The notes: generated by a model not told the origin, from the letters alone. Counted from the stretch's first letter, positions 40,303 to 50,025 are shown. The stretch: 64,000 nucleotides of DNA from Patescibacteria group bacterium (GCA_040387855.1 JAZKCY010000001.1:632793-696792), one strand, 5' to 3'. Numbers and translations: made by a program.

Positions 40303-41844
40303 TTAATTATTGTTTAACGGAATAGTAAAGCTAAATGTAGATCCTTTGCCTGGCTCGCTATCAACCCATAGATGTCCTCCATGTCTCACTACGATTTGCT
40401 CACTTATATACAATCCAATGCCCATACCAGCAAACTGTTTTTGAGCATCCTCAACTCTGAAAAATCGCTCAAACAATTTCTGCTGATCTTTTTTATTAAT
40501 ACCAATTCCCTGATCAGTGACCATTATTTTTAGGTAATCACTCACACGTGATGCATGAACCACCACATCCTTTCCATTGGGAGAATACTTGATTGCATTA
40601 TTTAATAAATTGTTGAGCACCATTTCCAATCTTTCTTTATCTCCATTAACTTTCAAATTGAGATCACCTGAATACTTGATTGTATGGTGCTTTGCTGCTG
40701 ACTGAACAAGATCAATGGATTCTTTAATCATCTGGTTAACATCAAATTCAGCATATTTGTATTCTATTTTACCCGCCTGAATCTTAGACACATCTAGTAA
40801 ATCGCTGATAAGACTTTCAAGCTTTTTTAATGAAACATTCGTTTTCTCAATAATCTCTAAGTTTTTCTCTGTAGTACTCTTCTTACTTTTAATAAGAATT
40901 TCTAATACTTGCAGATACGCTTTAATACTTGTTACTGGTGTCTTGAGTTCATGACTTGCAATACTGAGAAAATCATCTTTTCTAATTTGAACTTCTCGCA
41001 ATTCTGTAATGTCCTCAATAGCTAACAAGATTATCTCTTCTGCATTCTCCAATGCCTCAATTTGTCGGGCATTCAAAAGCATCACTTTCTTTCCAATCTG
41101 AGGGAAATTGTGTTCTACCTCAAAATTCTCAAACGGATTCTGCTCAGGTAGGATCTTTTCAAACAGATCTCTCAAGGCTTTTATATCCCACTGTCCGTTA
41201 CCAAGTTTAAATATATTTACACCGACAGTTTCTTCCTTTGAAACCTTAAATGTACTGTAAAAGTACTTATTTGCTGAGATTACGTTTAGTGATTTATCCA
41301 GCACGAGCAAGCTCTCACGCATTGTTTCAAAAATACCTGTGAGAAATGCTTCACTTTCTTTCAAGTTTTGAGTTCCGTCAGCTACTCTTTTCTCTAAAGA
41401 TTCACGTTCATTTTTTAATGCTGCCTCAGCTTTTTTCCGACGAGTAATATCATTTTGAACCCCAATAAAGTGGGTAATATCGCCTTTTTTATTTCGGACT
41501 GGAGACATCATAAGCTCATTCCAAAATAATGAGCCATCCTTTTTATAGTTTCTTAATTCCACTTTGCAATCAATACCTTTTTCAATTGATTCTCGCAAAA
41601 TTCTTCGAGCTTCTTGATCTCGATCATCTCCTTGAAGGAATCTACAATTCCTTCCTATTATTTCGTCACGTGTATATCCACTAATAAATTCAAAGGCTCG
41701 ATTACAGAAAATAATTGGATTGTCTGGCTGAAGGCAATCTGTAATTACAATTCCGTTTGTAGTTGCATCTACTGCATTAATGAGTAAATTAAGATTTGAA
41801 GTAACATCAATTTTATGAATTGAAGCCTGTTTAATATTTTTCAT
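40303..41844 (-). CDS. LOV-PAS histidine kinase (putative blue-light sensor)
   Basis: DNPIIFCNRAF, GRNCRFLQG, NYKKDGSLFWNE, FIGVQND; second PAS; ASHELKTP kinase core. Confidence 0.9.
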   Translation of the reverse strand: MKNIKQASIHKIDVTSNLNLLINAVDATTNGIVITDCLQPDNPIIFCNRAFEFISGYTRDEIIGRNCRFLQGDDRDQEARRILRESIEKGIDCKVELRNYKKDGSLFWNELMMSPVRNKKGDITHFIGVQNDITRRKKAEAALKNERESLEKRVADGTQNLKESEAFLTGIFETMRESLLVLDKSLNVISANKYFYSTFKVSKEETVGVNIFKLGNGQWDIKALRDLFEKILPEQNPFENFEVEHNFPQIGKKVMLLNARQIEALENAEEIILLAIEDITELREVQIRKDDFLSIASHELKTPVTSIKAYLQVLEILIKSKKSTTEKNLEIIEKTNVSLKKLESLISDLLDVSKIQAGKIEYKYAEFDVNQMIKESIDLVQSAAKHHTIKYSGDLNLKVNGDKERLEMVLNNLLNNAIKYSPNGKDVVVHASRVSDYLKIMVTDQGIGINKKDQQKLFERFFRVEDAQKQFAGMGIGLYISEQIVVRHGGHLWVDSEPGKGSTFSFTIPLNNN

Positions 41845-41958
41845 AGGTAGAATTCTTAAGGATTAAATCAACTCTGTATAAGAATACATAGGTTACTTAA
41901 GTAAGCTATCTAAATATTGACGATGACTCTTCTATTCTCTTTCATGTATAGCTATCTA

Positions 41959-43764
41959 CTATTTTTGAAACCATGAATACTTGGGCCTGTCAAAACTTTG
42001 AGCAAATTCTTCTTCTGTTTTAACAAATGCTTTTTCTAATTCTTCATTTCCATCAATAAAATACACAAAATCCAATTCTCTATTTTCAGTACCTCTTTCA
42101 GCGCTATATTTCTTTACCATATCTGTAGGTGAGATAATCTTTCTTCCAGATGTCATTCTTAATTCAAAGTGCAACCCTTTTTTTGTTCCTATAGGTTGAT
42201 ACGCATCATACACAAGCTCAGAGCATACCAATTCGTCTCGTGTTTCAAAATCAAAATTATAATCATAGGGCTTTCCGTAGTTTTCAAATGCTCTCATAAC
42301 AGAATCAAATGTATCTTTCTTACTAAGCCGAGGTCTTAGTACACCCAAATAATCAGCACGAGCTGATTGTTCTAAGGACTGAAGAATAATACCTGGGGAT
42401 TTACCCTCTATAACTGAATACTTGAAATTATCTTTATCTACTTCTTTTAATTGCTTGAGTAGTTTTGGATGTTCTTGTGCTAAAAGTTGTTCTACATTTT
42501 GGTATTCACCCATTGGAAAAAGATCAGCAAAGTGAGCATTCATATCCTCGAGAGTTCCCACATACAAAGCTGCATGTGCCCAGAAGCCAGGAATCCCCAC
42601 ATTACTTGCATACCAATTTCGTCGTTGGACCATAATATCCCCTGGCTGCATTTCTTTTTTAAGTTCAGCAATCTGTTCTAGGGTAATAAATTTTTCATGT
42701 CGAGAAGATAGATATGAATCCCCCATCATATTTGCAACATTTTTCTGAACTGGAAACCATAGGTTTGATAACTCTTTTTCCAAACTATACCGCTGTTCTT
42801 TTGCTGCTTTAACGGTTGTATTAAAAATATTACTCAAGAGATATGCATAGCTCTTTTCAGCTTCCTCAGTAAGCACTATATATCCTTCGTTTAAGTTCTT
42901 TTCAGAAAGAGTGAGATTTAAAAGAGAAATATAGAATCTCCCCATATTTCTTCTTACAAAACTATCGGAACTAAAAAATCTATCGAGAACGTCATCATAT
43001 GAATCTTTAGCTCCAAATACTGGAGAATACTCATTTAGTTGTTTTATCACAACATTATTATCATCAACTGTATCTATAAGTTTATGAAAAATCTCAAACT
43101 TTTTTATATACAACGAGTATGCAATTCCAAAAGACTGCGCGTGATCTTTGGGATGACTAAAAACACTTATGCGATTAAAATATTTGTGAATATCAGTATT
43201 TTTTTCTGATTCCATTGCTACAGATAAGAACAAATTCCACTTATTTTGAAGCTGAATTCTATCATCTGCTGTTAAAACTGATTTCTTTAGAATGGGATCC
43301 TGAATCAAATCATCTGCAGCCAATTCTAAGTTGTCGAGAAGCACCGTAGCTATTTCCACATCGTTTTCTATGAGTTCGTGTCGTTCTTCTACACTTAATG
43401 CTTCAAACGGATTGCCAGAATATGGAATAACCGTCCATGCGATATATACGCAAAAAAGTACAACCAAAACTATAGCTATAACTAACTTATACTGGAATAT
43501 AATATTTTTTGTTTTTCTAAATATTTTAGATTTAGAAACTTTTTGTCGATCAAATAAAAATGCTTTTATGAGATAGCGAAGTGCTATAAGCAAAAATACT
43601 ACAGATACGATAAAGTGAAATGGATATAAGAGCTTGAGCCCAGCACAAGCAGCAGCCAATCCAAATGAGATAGCAGCAATGGTCAACGATAAAAGCACTT
43701 TCTTTTTGTGTTTCAGAAAGTGATTTTTGAGTGTAACTATTTCTTGCTGCGAATGCTTTGCCAC
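41959..43764 (-). CDS. Membrane protein with C-terminal permuted papain-like (YiiX/YebB, NlpC/P60) domain
   Basis: PGDI, GFWAHAALYVG, GKPYDYNFD, LVCSELV. Confidence 0.88.
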   Translation of the reverse strand: MAKHSQQEIVTLKNHFLKHKKKVLLSLTIAAISFGLAAACAGLKLLYPFHFIVSVVFLLIALRYLIKAFLFDRQKVSKSKIFRKTKNIIFQYKLVIAIVLVVLFCVYIAWTVIPYSGNPFEALSVEERHELIENDVEIATVLLDNLELAADDLIQDPILKKSVLTADDRIQLQNKWNLFLSVAMESEKNTDIHKYFNRISVFSHPKDHAQSFGIAYSLYIKKFEIFHKLIDTVDDNNVVIKQLNEYSPVFGAKDSYDDVLDRFFSSDSFVRRNMGRFYISLLNLTLSEKNLNEGYIVLTEEAEKSYAYLLSNIFNTTVKAAKEQRYSLEKELSNLWFPVQKNVANMMGDSYLSSRHEKFITLEQIAELKKEMQPGDIMVQRRNWYASNVGIPGFWAHAALYVGTLEDMNAHFADLFPMGEYQNVEQLLAQEHPKLLKQLKEVDKDNFKYSVIEGKSPGIILQSLEQSARADYLGVLRPRLSKKDTFDSVMRAFENYGKPYDYNFDFETRDELVCSELVYDAYQPIGTKKGLHFELRMTSGRKIISPTDMVKKYSAERGTENRELDFVYFIDGNEELEKAFVKTEEEFAQSFDRPKYSWFQK

Positions 43765-43768
43765 ACTA

Positions 43769-44179
43769 TTAATTGCCCTCTACGTATTTTTTAAAATTAT
43801 CTAAGAATCCTTGCCATCCTGATCTTTGGAGTTCCTCAGTATTTTCATTTTCCATTTCAAATTCCTGTACTATTTTTACAGAATCACCTACTTGTTCAAA
43901 ATCAACGGTGACTGTTCTTCCGTCATCAATTGTATAATCAAGCTTAGTTGGTGCAATTACTTTTGTATAAACACCAGAGAAATCAAACCCTGGAGATCCA
44001 TCTCTTGGGGCCATATATGTTAAAAATCTTCCTCCCTCTTTCAAATCATTTGTTTTAGATGTTGCACCCCAATCATCAGAAGCAAATGCCCAATGTGGAA
44101 TATGTTCTGCCCCATTCCAATATTCCCAGACTTTTTCTGGACTAGCATGTACTGTCGTTTCTATTTTTATTTTTTGCAT
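43769..44179 (-). CDS. SRPBCC/AHSA1-like protein
   Basis: KVWEYW, DLKEGGRF, GFDFSG, QRSGWQGFLDNFKKY. Confidence 0.9.
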   Translation of the reverse strand: MQKIKIETTVHASPEKVWEYWNGAEHIPHWAFASDDWGATSKTNDLKEGGRFLTYMAPRDGSPGFDFSGVYTKVIAPTKLDYTIDDGRTVTVDFEQVGDSVKIVQEFEMENENTEELQRSGWQGFLDNFKKYVEGN

Positions 44180-44209
44180 AGTGAAATAATTATATCAAAT
44201 GTATTTATT

Positions 44210-44764
44210 CTATCTCTTTTCAAACGCCATCATAAACATTCCAGGTGATTCAACTATTTCAGTTTTCTTTAGCACATCTTTAAGAAATAATTCTATAATT
44301 TCTTTTGCCTTAGATACTTCAGTTCTATCTTCCACATCTATTTCAGCCTCAGTAAAAAATCGCATACTAGGAGAGTGATCAAACTTTACACTATCTATAG
44401 TTAGGCTTATGGGAGTGCTTTGGTATTCTCCAGCAAACCATTCTCTATCTTTTATTATTTTTATAGCATCAGGATATTGTGCTATCACAGATTTAAATTC
44501 TGGTTCTGTAACTTCATGTTCATTCTCTCTTCGAGCCGGTTGATCATCTACAATTTCCCAAATCTTTTCTGTATAAATATATTTCCCTGCTTCCTCTCGG
44601 TAGCGCTTTAAATCATATCCCTTATATTGAGACTTTTTAGCTTCAATATAATAGTCATTTTGTGGAGTCATACCCTTAGCAACAAAACCTCGCGCTTTAA
44701 ATTCAGCAATGAGATTTTCTTTGTCTTCTGCAGTAAGCTCTACTTTTAGTTCAACTTCGTACAT
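44210..44764 (-). CDS. CYTH-domain protein
   Basis: EVELKV, KRYR, RRENE, EAEI; start at ATG 44764 (TATGAT 6 nt upstream). Confidence 0.82.
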   Translation of the reverse strand: MYEVELKVELTAEDKENLIAEFKARGFVAKGMTPQNDYYIEAKKSQYKGYDLKRYREEAGKYIYTEKIWEIVDDQPARRENEHEVTEPEFKSVIAQYPDAIKIIKDREWFAGEYQSTPISLTIDSVKFDHSPSMRFFTEAEIDVEDRTEVSKAKEIIELFLKDVLKKTEIVESPGMFMMAFEKR

Positions 44765-44780
44765 ATATAAATCATAGCAT

Positions 44781-44807
44781 AAAAAAAGAGCATCACGAGG
44801 ATGCTCT
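44781..44807 (-). terminator. Intrinsic terminator of ABC exporter gene
   Basis: GAGCATC-N5-GATGCTC-TTTTTTT on minus strand. Confidence 0.8.
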
Positions 44808-44808
44808 G

Positions 44809-46602
44809 TTACCCTACCACTTCCGTGGGTTGGGTGTTGTACTGCTGCCACAACACTAAGAATTCAGGACACGTACGGATGAGCTGTGCCAACGTGCCGG
44901 TAGCGACCAATTGCCCCTCATGAAAGAAGTGAATCACATCAAACATGTGGAGTAGGTGCAGCCGATGAATTGACGAGATCACCGTCTTATCCAAGAACGC
45001 GTTGAAGATGTTGGTGTACACCTTCTTCTCTGTAGCCGTATCCAAGCTCGATGTGGGTTCATCGAGTAGCACGACCTCCTTGTCGTGACAGGCCAGGAGC
45101 CCGCGTGCAAGCGCCAGGCGCTGCTTTTGGCCACCTGAGAGATTGACTCCGCGCTCCTTGAGGGACGAATCTAGTCCTTTCGGCAACAAAGCGGCAACAT
45201 CGGTGAAGCACGCCATGTCGGTGTAACGACGGACCAAGTCCGAATCGTACTCCGCACCGAGGGTGATGTTTTCAATCACCGTCGTCCCAAAGATGTCGGG
45301 ATCCTGCGGCAAAAGTCCAATTGCTCGGCAAATGCCATCAAACCCGTCTTCGATTTCGTGATCATCCACAAAGAGTTTCAAGCTCTGCGGACGATGGAGA
45401 CCTCGTACGACTTTGAGCAATGTCGACTTGCCGCTTCCACTTGCTCCCACAAGTGCAACGCGCGACCCACGTGTGATGTCGAACGCTACATTTGCCAAGT
45501 GTAGTCCCGTACCATTATCTGCGTACGAGAAGTTGAGATCCCTCACTTCCATGCGTTGCCAATCCTTTCGCAACACATGGTTAGCAAGGTTATCTTCTTT
45601 GAAGTCGTCAGCCACTTCCTCGGCATTCGCGATGCGTGATGTTCCCACCACGACATCTTTGTACATGCCGGTGAAGCGAAAGAAAACTTCGCTCATTTCA
45701 TCCAAGTACTTGATGAGGATGTAGACCGTGCCCACGAGCACTGCCTTCGGTGTTTCCATATGCTGCCAAACGTACAGCCCCAAGACAAGCATTGTCATGG
45801 CGGCGGTACAGAAGGTAGTAAGGAACCACTTTATCTCGTTAAGCGTTGTGTTCCGCTTAAAGAGATCATACGGCTTGTCGACCCTGTGACAGATCGCCTC
45901 GAACACCAGTCGCTCAACGCGCAGAATGATCACGGTTGCAATGTTTGAGATTGTGTCAAAAACATTCTCCGAAATCTCGTTCTCTGCTTTGTTGAGTTTC
46001 CGATATTGAGGGATCATCACTCGATCGAACTTGATCGTGAAGAATATGGACAGACACATCATTCCGACGACGATTGGAATCGACATCGGAAAAAAGTATC
46101 CGAGCATAATGAAACTCCCCACGAGCTGTATGAAGGCATAGACGATCTGGAACGACATCGACGAAAACTGATAGAGTGCCGAAGCACCTTTTTCAATCTT
46201 GTCGATGGTGTCGCCAGAGTGATGCTCCACATGCCATTCCAATGGCAGGGTCATCGTGCCTTTGAGCAAGTACTTCCGGTAGTTCGCACGGGACTTAAAC
46301 GCATTCAGGGTTTCCCAAACGCGCGCAGGACCGTGAAAAGCCCAGAAGACCATCTTGGTCACAAACATCCACACCAACAACTTGATGAGTGTGGGCATGC
46401 TGTCGACGGTGATTCCCTCAGCCTGGATCTCATTCATGATCTTCGCCCCCAACAGAGGCAAGAAAAAGAGCATGATCGAGATCGCAATGATGAAGAAGCC
46501 CCAGTACAGGGCCACACTCTTGCGGTTGCCCGCTGAGTAGTGCCACGTCTTCCAGAACAGGTACACGAACGGATTTCCGTTCCTGTGAGGCTTCTTGAAC
46601 AT
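44809..46602 (-). CDS. ABC exporter, fused TMD+NBD half-transporter (GC-elevated)
   Basis: About 6 TM, GASGSGKS, LSGGQKQR, LLDEPTS, IHRL. Confidence 0.93.
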   Translation of the reverse strand: MFKKPHRNGNPFVYLFWKTWHYSAGNRKSVALYWGFFIIAISIMLFFLPLLGAKIMNEIQAEGITVDSMPTLIKLLVWMFVTKMVFWAFHGPARVWETLNAFKSRANYRKYLLKGTMTLPLEWHVEHHSGDTIDKIEKGASALYQFSSMSFQIVYAFIQLVGSFIMLGYFFPMSIPIVVGMMCLSIFFTIKFDRVMIPQYRKLNKAENEISENVFDTISNIATVIILRVERLVFEAICHRVDKPYDLFKRNTTLNEIKWFLTTFCTAAMTMLVLGLYVWQHMETPKAVLVGTVYILIKYLDEMSEVFFRFTGMYKDVVVGTSRIANAEEVADDFKEDNLANHVLRKDWQRMEVRDLNFSYADNGTGLHLANVAFDITRGSRVALVGASGSGKSTLLKVVRGLHRPQSLKLFVDDHEIEDGFDGICRAIGLLPQDPDIFGTTVIENITLGAEYDSDLVRRYTDMACFTDVAALLPKGLDSSLKERGVNLSGGQKQRLALARGLLACHDKEVVLLDEPTSSLDTATEKKVYTNIFNAFLDKTVISSIHRLHLLHMFDVIHFFHEGQLVATGTLAQLIRTCPEFLVLWQQYNTQPTEVVG

Positions 46603-46641
46603 TCGAGATTCCTTTCGAGATGCGTGTTATATGGCTATGGT

Positions 46642-46810
46642 AAAGAACAAAACATCATGCCGGGTGGCATGATGTTTTAAAAATTTGATTTAATGGGAGA
46701 AATCAAATACTTAAAACATCATACCTGTTTAAAAGAAAGAGCGCATAAATACCACCCACGGCCTTTCGTGGATTGGTAGAACTATTTCGATTAAACATGT
46801 TTGATGTCAT
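46642..46810 (-). promoter_or_regulatory. Transcription attenuator (segments 1:2, 2:3, 3:4)
   Basis: 13-bp terminator stem 46649-46678; antiterminator strand 46711-46725; anti-antiterminator strand 46791-46807. Confidence 0.8.
46703..46810 (-). CDS. Putative leader peptide (uORF), 35 aa
   Basis: MTSNMFNRNSSTNPRKAVGGIYALFLLNRYDVLSI; starts 9 nt after -10 of TTGCAT-N17-TATTGT (46820-46848). Confidence 0.65.
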   Translation of the reverse strand: MTSNMFNRNSSTNPRKAVGGIYALFLLNRYDVLSI

Positions 46811-46856
46811 GATATTGAAACAATACCACACATTAGTACAACATGCAAGCACCAAA

Positions 46857-47222
46857 TTAAAGATATGTCCACTCCCCGTCCAAATAGTTTGCTATATGAT
46901 TTCCCGTGGTTGGCATTCCATCAACATCATATTCAACCGTGTGAATTGAGGCAGCAAAACGGCATCCTGGTGCCACCTTCGCATTAGGATCTTTATAATC
47001 ATTTTTTGCCTTTTGATAACTATATTCAGTCTTGCTACCATCCTCGTTTATTACTTCTACTTCATAAAAGCTCAAACCAGCATCGTCAGTTTTTGTTCGC
47101 AGTTCAGTATATTTCTTACCCTGCAAAAGAGTACCAAATACACTTCTTATTTCTTCAATACTGGGAAACTTTTCTGCATTTTCTTCAACTCGATTCCAGT
47201 TAGTTTCAAAATTATCAGTCAT
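46857..47222 (-). CDS. Hypothetical acidic protein
   Basis: Clean ORF with native codon usage; probable start ATG 47222. Confidence 0.7.
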   Translation of the reverse strand: MTDNFETNWNRVEENAEKFPSIEEIRSVFGTLLQGKKYTELRTKTDDAGLSFYEVEVINEDGSKTEYSYQKAKNDYKDPNAKVAPGCRFAASIHTVEYDVDGMPTTGNHIANYLDGEWTYL

Positions 47223-47236
47223 GAATTTTAATATTA

Positions 47237-47677
47237 TTATATTCCACACTTAGCATTCACTGTCACATCCCCCACATTTGAAGCTGTAATAGTATAACCA
47301 AAACAAGTAGTTGGTATATAGGTCAGAGAGTAAAATGTCTTACCATCTTTAATTTCTGTTTTTACCTCTTCCAAAACCCTATGCCAATTCACTTTAGAAT
47401 TTTGATCTTTAAAATTATCTAATCTCAAAACATTATTTTCATTGTTATCTTTAAGTAAGAATTCTCTTTCTTTCAAGAATGTAACAAAATGCTCTTTAGA
47501 TTTTATATTGATGCTAATTTTGTAAGTAAAGACAGAAGCATTCTGTGATGTCTCAACAGACCGTGGGGTGTTCTCAATAAATGTCTCTTGATATGTGATA
47601 TAAATACCCACACTTACAGCTAGCACTGCACATAAAGATAAGATAATAGGAGCAAAACGATGTTGAAGTAATTTCAT
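47237..47677 (-). CDS. Hypothetical membrane-anchored protein
   Basis: N-terminal TM, C-terminal Cys pair. Confidence 0.7.
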   Translation of the reverse strand: MKLLQHRFAPIILSLCAVLAVSVGIYITYQETFIENTPRSVETSQNASVFTYKISINIKSKEHFVTFLKEREFLLKDNNENNVLRLDNFKDQNSKVNWHRVLEEVKTEIKDGKTFYSLTYIPTTCFGYTITASNVGDVTVNAKCGI

Positions 47678-47682
47678 AGATT

Positions 47683-48147
47683 CTAATTATACCCAAAAAT
47701 CGCCCCTTTTATTCTTTTTAGTAAATGATCAACATCTCTTTTAGTCTTAAGTGTAATTCCAAATCGTGTTGAAGTATTTTCAAGCAACGTCTGCATGCCC
47801 TCTTTTCCGAGCACTGCAGAATTTGAGGCAGCATTGCCCGTAAAGACAAGCTTAAAGTTCTTCATAGAATACTCCCCCTGAGCAGTAGTAACATTTGTAA
47901 AATCGATTGCAATAAGATTTGGATATACTTTCATGAGTGCAAACCCATCAACTCCCCCATCTAAACCCAATTTTTCGTAGTCTTTGAGCGAAGATTTCAC
48001 TCCTGCTGTTATTGATTCAACAAAGTATGCATGCAAAGATTCAGGACTTTCTGTAACTTGCGGCGCATCTGGTTGGTTGAGCAGTAGTGTTGCGCCCACA
48101 CAAAAAACAGCAACGACTAAAACTATACCAATCCAAAGTTTCTTCAT
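47683..48147 (-). CDS. Hypothetical exported protein
   Basis: N-terminal signal/TM; TACAAT 6 nt before ATG. Confidence 0.72.
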   Translation of the reverse strand: MKKLWIGIVLVVAVFCVGATLLLNQPDAPQVTESPESLHAYFVESITAGVKSSLKDYEKLGLDGGVDGFALMKVYPNLIAIDFTNVTTAQGEYSMKNFKLVFTGNAASNSAVLGKEGMQTLLENTSTRFGITLKTKRDVDHLLKRIKGAIFGYN

Positions 48148-48165
48148 CCTAGGATTGTATCACCT

Positions 48166-49041
48166 TTAGGCAATTCCATCGCCACCAGTTACTCCATATA
48201 TTTCTCCTGTAATATAGCTCGCTTCATCTGATGCCAAAAGCACATACACAGGTGCTAGTTCGACTGGTTGACCAGGTCGACCAAATGCAGACTTTTCTCC
48301 AAATTGTTTTAATTTTTCCGGAGGTGAGGCATGAGTATTGAGTGGTGACCAAATAGGTCCTGGGGCCACAGCATTTACGCGAATACCTTTTTCTATCAAC
48401 TGTTCTGCAAGACCTTTTGTGAGAGCTACAAATCCCCCCTTACTTGCAGCATACGGCAGCAAAATAAAAGATGGGTCATATGCCTGAATAGAAACTGTAT
48501 TTATAATTGATCCACCAGGTTTCATATACTTTAAAGCAGCCTGAGATAGCAAAAATGGTGCAATAACATTTATACGATATATTTCTGCAAAGTCATTTCC
48601 TGTAAGTACATCAATACTTTTAAAATATTTTTGTAAAGCAGCATTGTTTACTAAAACATCTAATTTTCTTAATTCTTCATGTGTATGCTCAACAAGCTTT
48701 TTACAAAAAGATTCATCTGCTAAATCACCAGGAATTCCAATAGCTTTATGTCCTAATGCTTTTAGCACATCCAATGTTTCTTGTGCATCAACTTCTTCTT
48801 CTGGTACATACGAAATCACCACATCAGCTCCCTCTTTTGCAAAAGCCACAGCTACAGCACGACCAATACCAGAGTCTCCTCCAGTAATGAGCGCCGCTTT
48901 CCCCGCCAATCGTCCTGAGCCTTTATATGAATCTTTTCCATAGTCAGGCTTAGTTACCATATCTGATTCTAAACCCGGATAATTTTGCGGTTTTTCATTT
49001 TTGCCTGGCTTTGGGAATTTTTCTTTTGGATCAGTTTGCAT
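48166..49041 (-). CDS. SDR oxidoreductase (YghA/YhdF general-stress type)
   Basis: YKGSGRL, TGGDSGIG, NNA, YAASK, VAPGPIW. Confidence 0.93.
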   Translation of the reverse strand: MQTDPKEKFPKPGKNEKPQNYPGLESDMVTKPDYGKDSYKGSGRLAGKAALITGGDSGIGRAVAVAFAKEGADVVISYVPEEEVDAQETLDVLKALGHKAIGIPGDLADESFCKKLVEHTHEELRKLDVLVNNAALQKYFKSIDVLTGNDFAEIYRINVIAPFLLSQAALKYMKPGGSIINTVSIQAYDPSFILLPYAASKGGFVALTKGLAEQLIEKGIRVNAVAPGPIWSPLNTHASPPEKLKQFGEKSAFGRPGQPVELAPVYVLLASDEASYITGEIYGVTGGDGIA

Positions 49042-49107
49042 AAATAAAAGTGTATCTAAATGAATACACTTTTATCGACGAATAGTATGAAATTAAATTA
49101 CAAATAA

Positions 49108-50010
49108 TTATGAGTTGTATGCTTTCTCTAGTGTAGCAATATCAAACTTTTTCATTTTAAGAAATGCTTGAGTTACTCTATCTATTTGTTCTTGTGTACC
49201 TTGTGTCATCATAGTGTCTAATGCTGTTGAGGTTACCTGCCATGAAAGTCCAAATTTATCTTTAAGCCAGCCACACTGCTCAGCTTCTGGAACAGCAGAT
49301 AGTTTCTGCCAATAATAATCTATCTCTTCTTGTGTATCACATGGAATCATAAGTGAAACACCTTCATTAAATATAAATTCATGAGATCGAGCACTATCCA
49401 TAGCAGCGAGCCATGTATTCATAATAAAAAAGTCTGCGTACATGAGTGTCCCTTCTTTATCAGGCTCCATACCTGCAGGATAACGCGCGGTAGTTCCTCG
49501 TTTTCCATCTTTAAATACTGAAGTATAAAAATCAATTGCCTCTTCAGCTTTTCCAGCCACTGTATTTGCATACATGATAGAAGGAGTTACAAACGGTCGT
49601 TTTTCTCCATCTGGATTTGTTAGCATCAATTGCCATGAGACTCCATACTTGTCTTGTACCCAACCATACCATTTGCTATGAGGATATTCTTGGAGTGGCA
49701 TAAGTGCGTTTCCTCCATCAATTAAGTGCGCCCACAAAGTATTCAATCGTTCTTCAGCATCTGGCCAAACTGATGGATCAAAATTGAGGAGAAACGAAAC
49801 AGAAGGATTAATTTTAAAATATGGTCCAGCACTGATACTCATAAATGGCTGACCTTCTATTTCAAATGACACGATATCGCAATCTCCTGAAGGAGTATTC
49901 CGCAGTTGCGAAACTGTATTGATCTTTGAATTTGGAAAAATAGATATATAAAACTCTGCAGCTTCTTTAGCTTGAGTATCAAACCAAAGGTGTGGGGTTA
50001 TCTTTTGCAT
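49108..50010 (-). CDS. Two-domain VOC / PhnB-like (3-demethylubiquinone-9 3-methyltransferase family) protein
   Basis: ITPHLWF, YGWVQDKYGVSWQL, CGWLKDKFGLSWQV. Confidence 0.92.
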   Translation of the reverse strand: MQKITPHLWFDTQAKEAAEFYISIFPNSKINTVSQLRNTPSGDCDIVSFEIEGQPFMSISAGPYFKINPSVSFLLNFDPSVWPDAEERLNTLWAHLIDGGNALMPLQEYPHSKWYGWVQDKYGVSWQLMLTNPDGEKRPFVTPSIMYANTVAGKAEEAIDFYTSVFKDGKRGTTARYPAGMEPDKEGTLMYADFFIMNTWLAAMDSARSHEFIFNEGVSLMIPCDTQEEIDYYWQKLSAVPEAEQCGWLKDKFGLSWQVTSTALDTMMTQGTQEQIDRVTQAFLKMKKFDIATLEKAYNS

Positions 50011-50025
50011 AAAAATTATTTATTA

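Noticed and set aside
46006-46536. 176-aa plus-strand ORF
   Set aside because: Antisense to the clearly recognisable ABC exporter.
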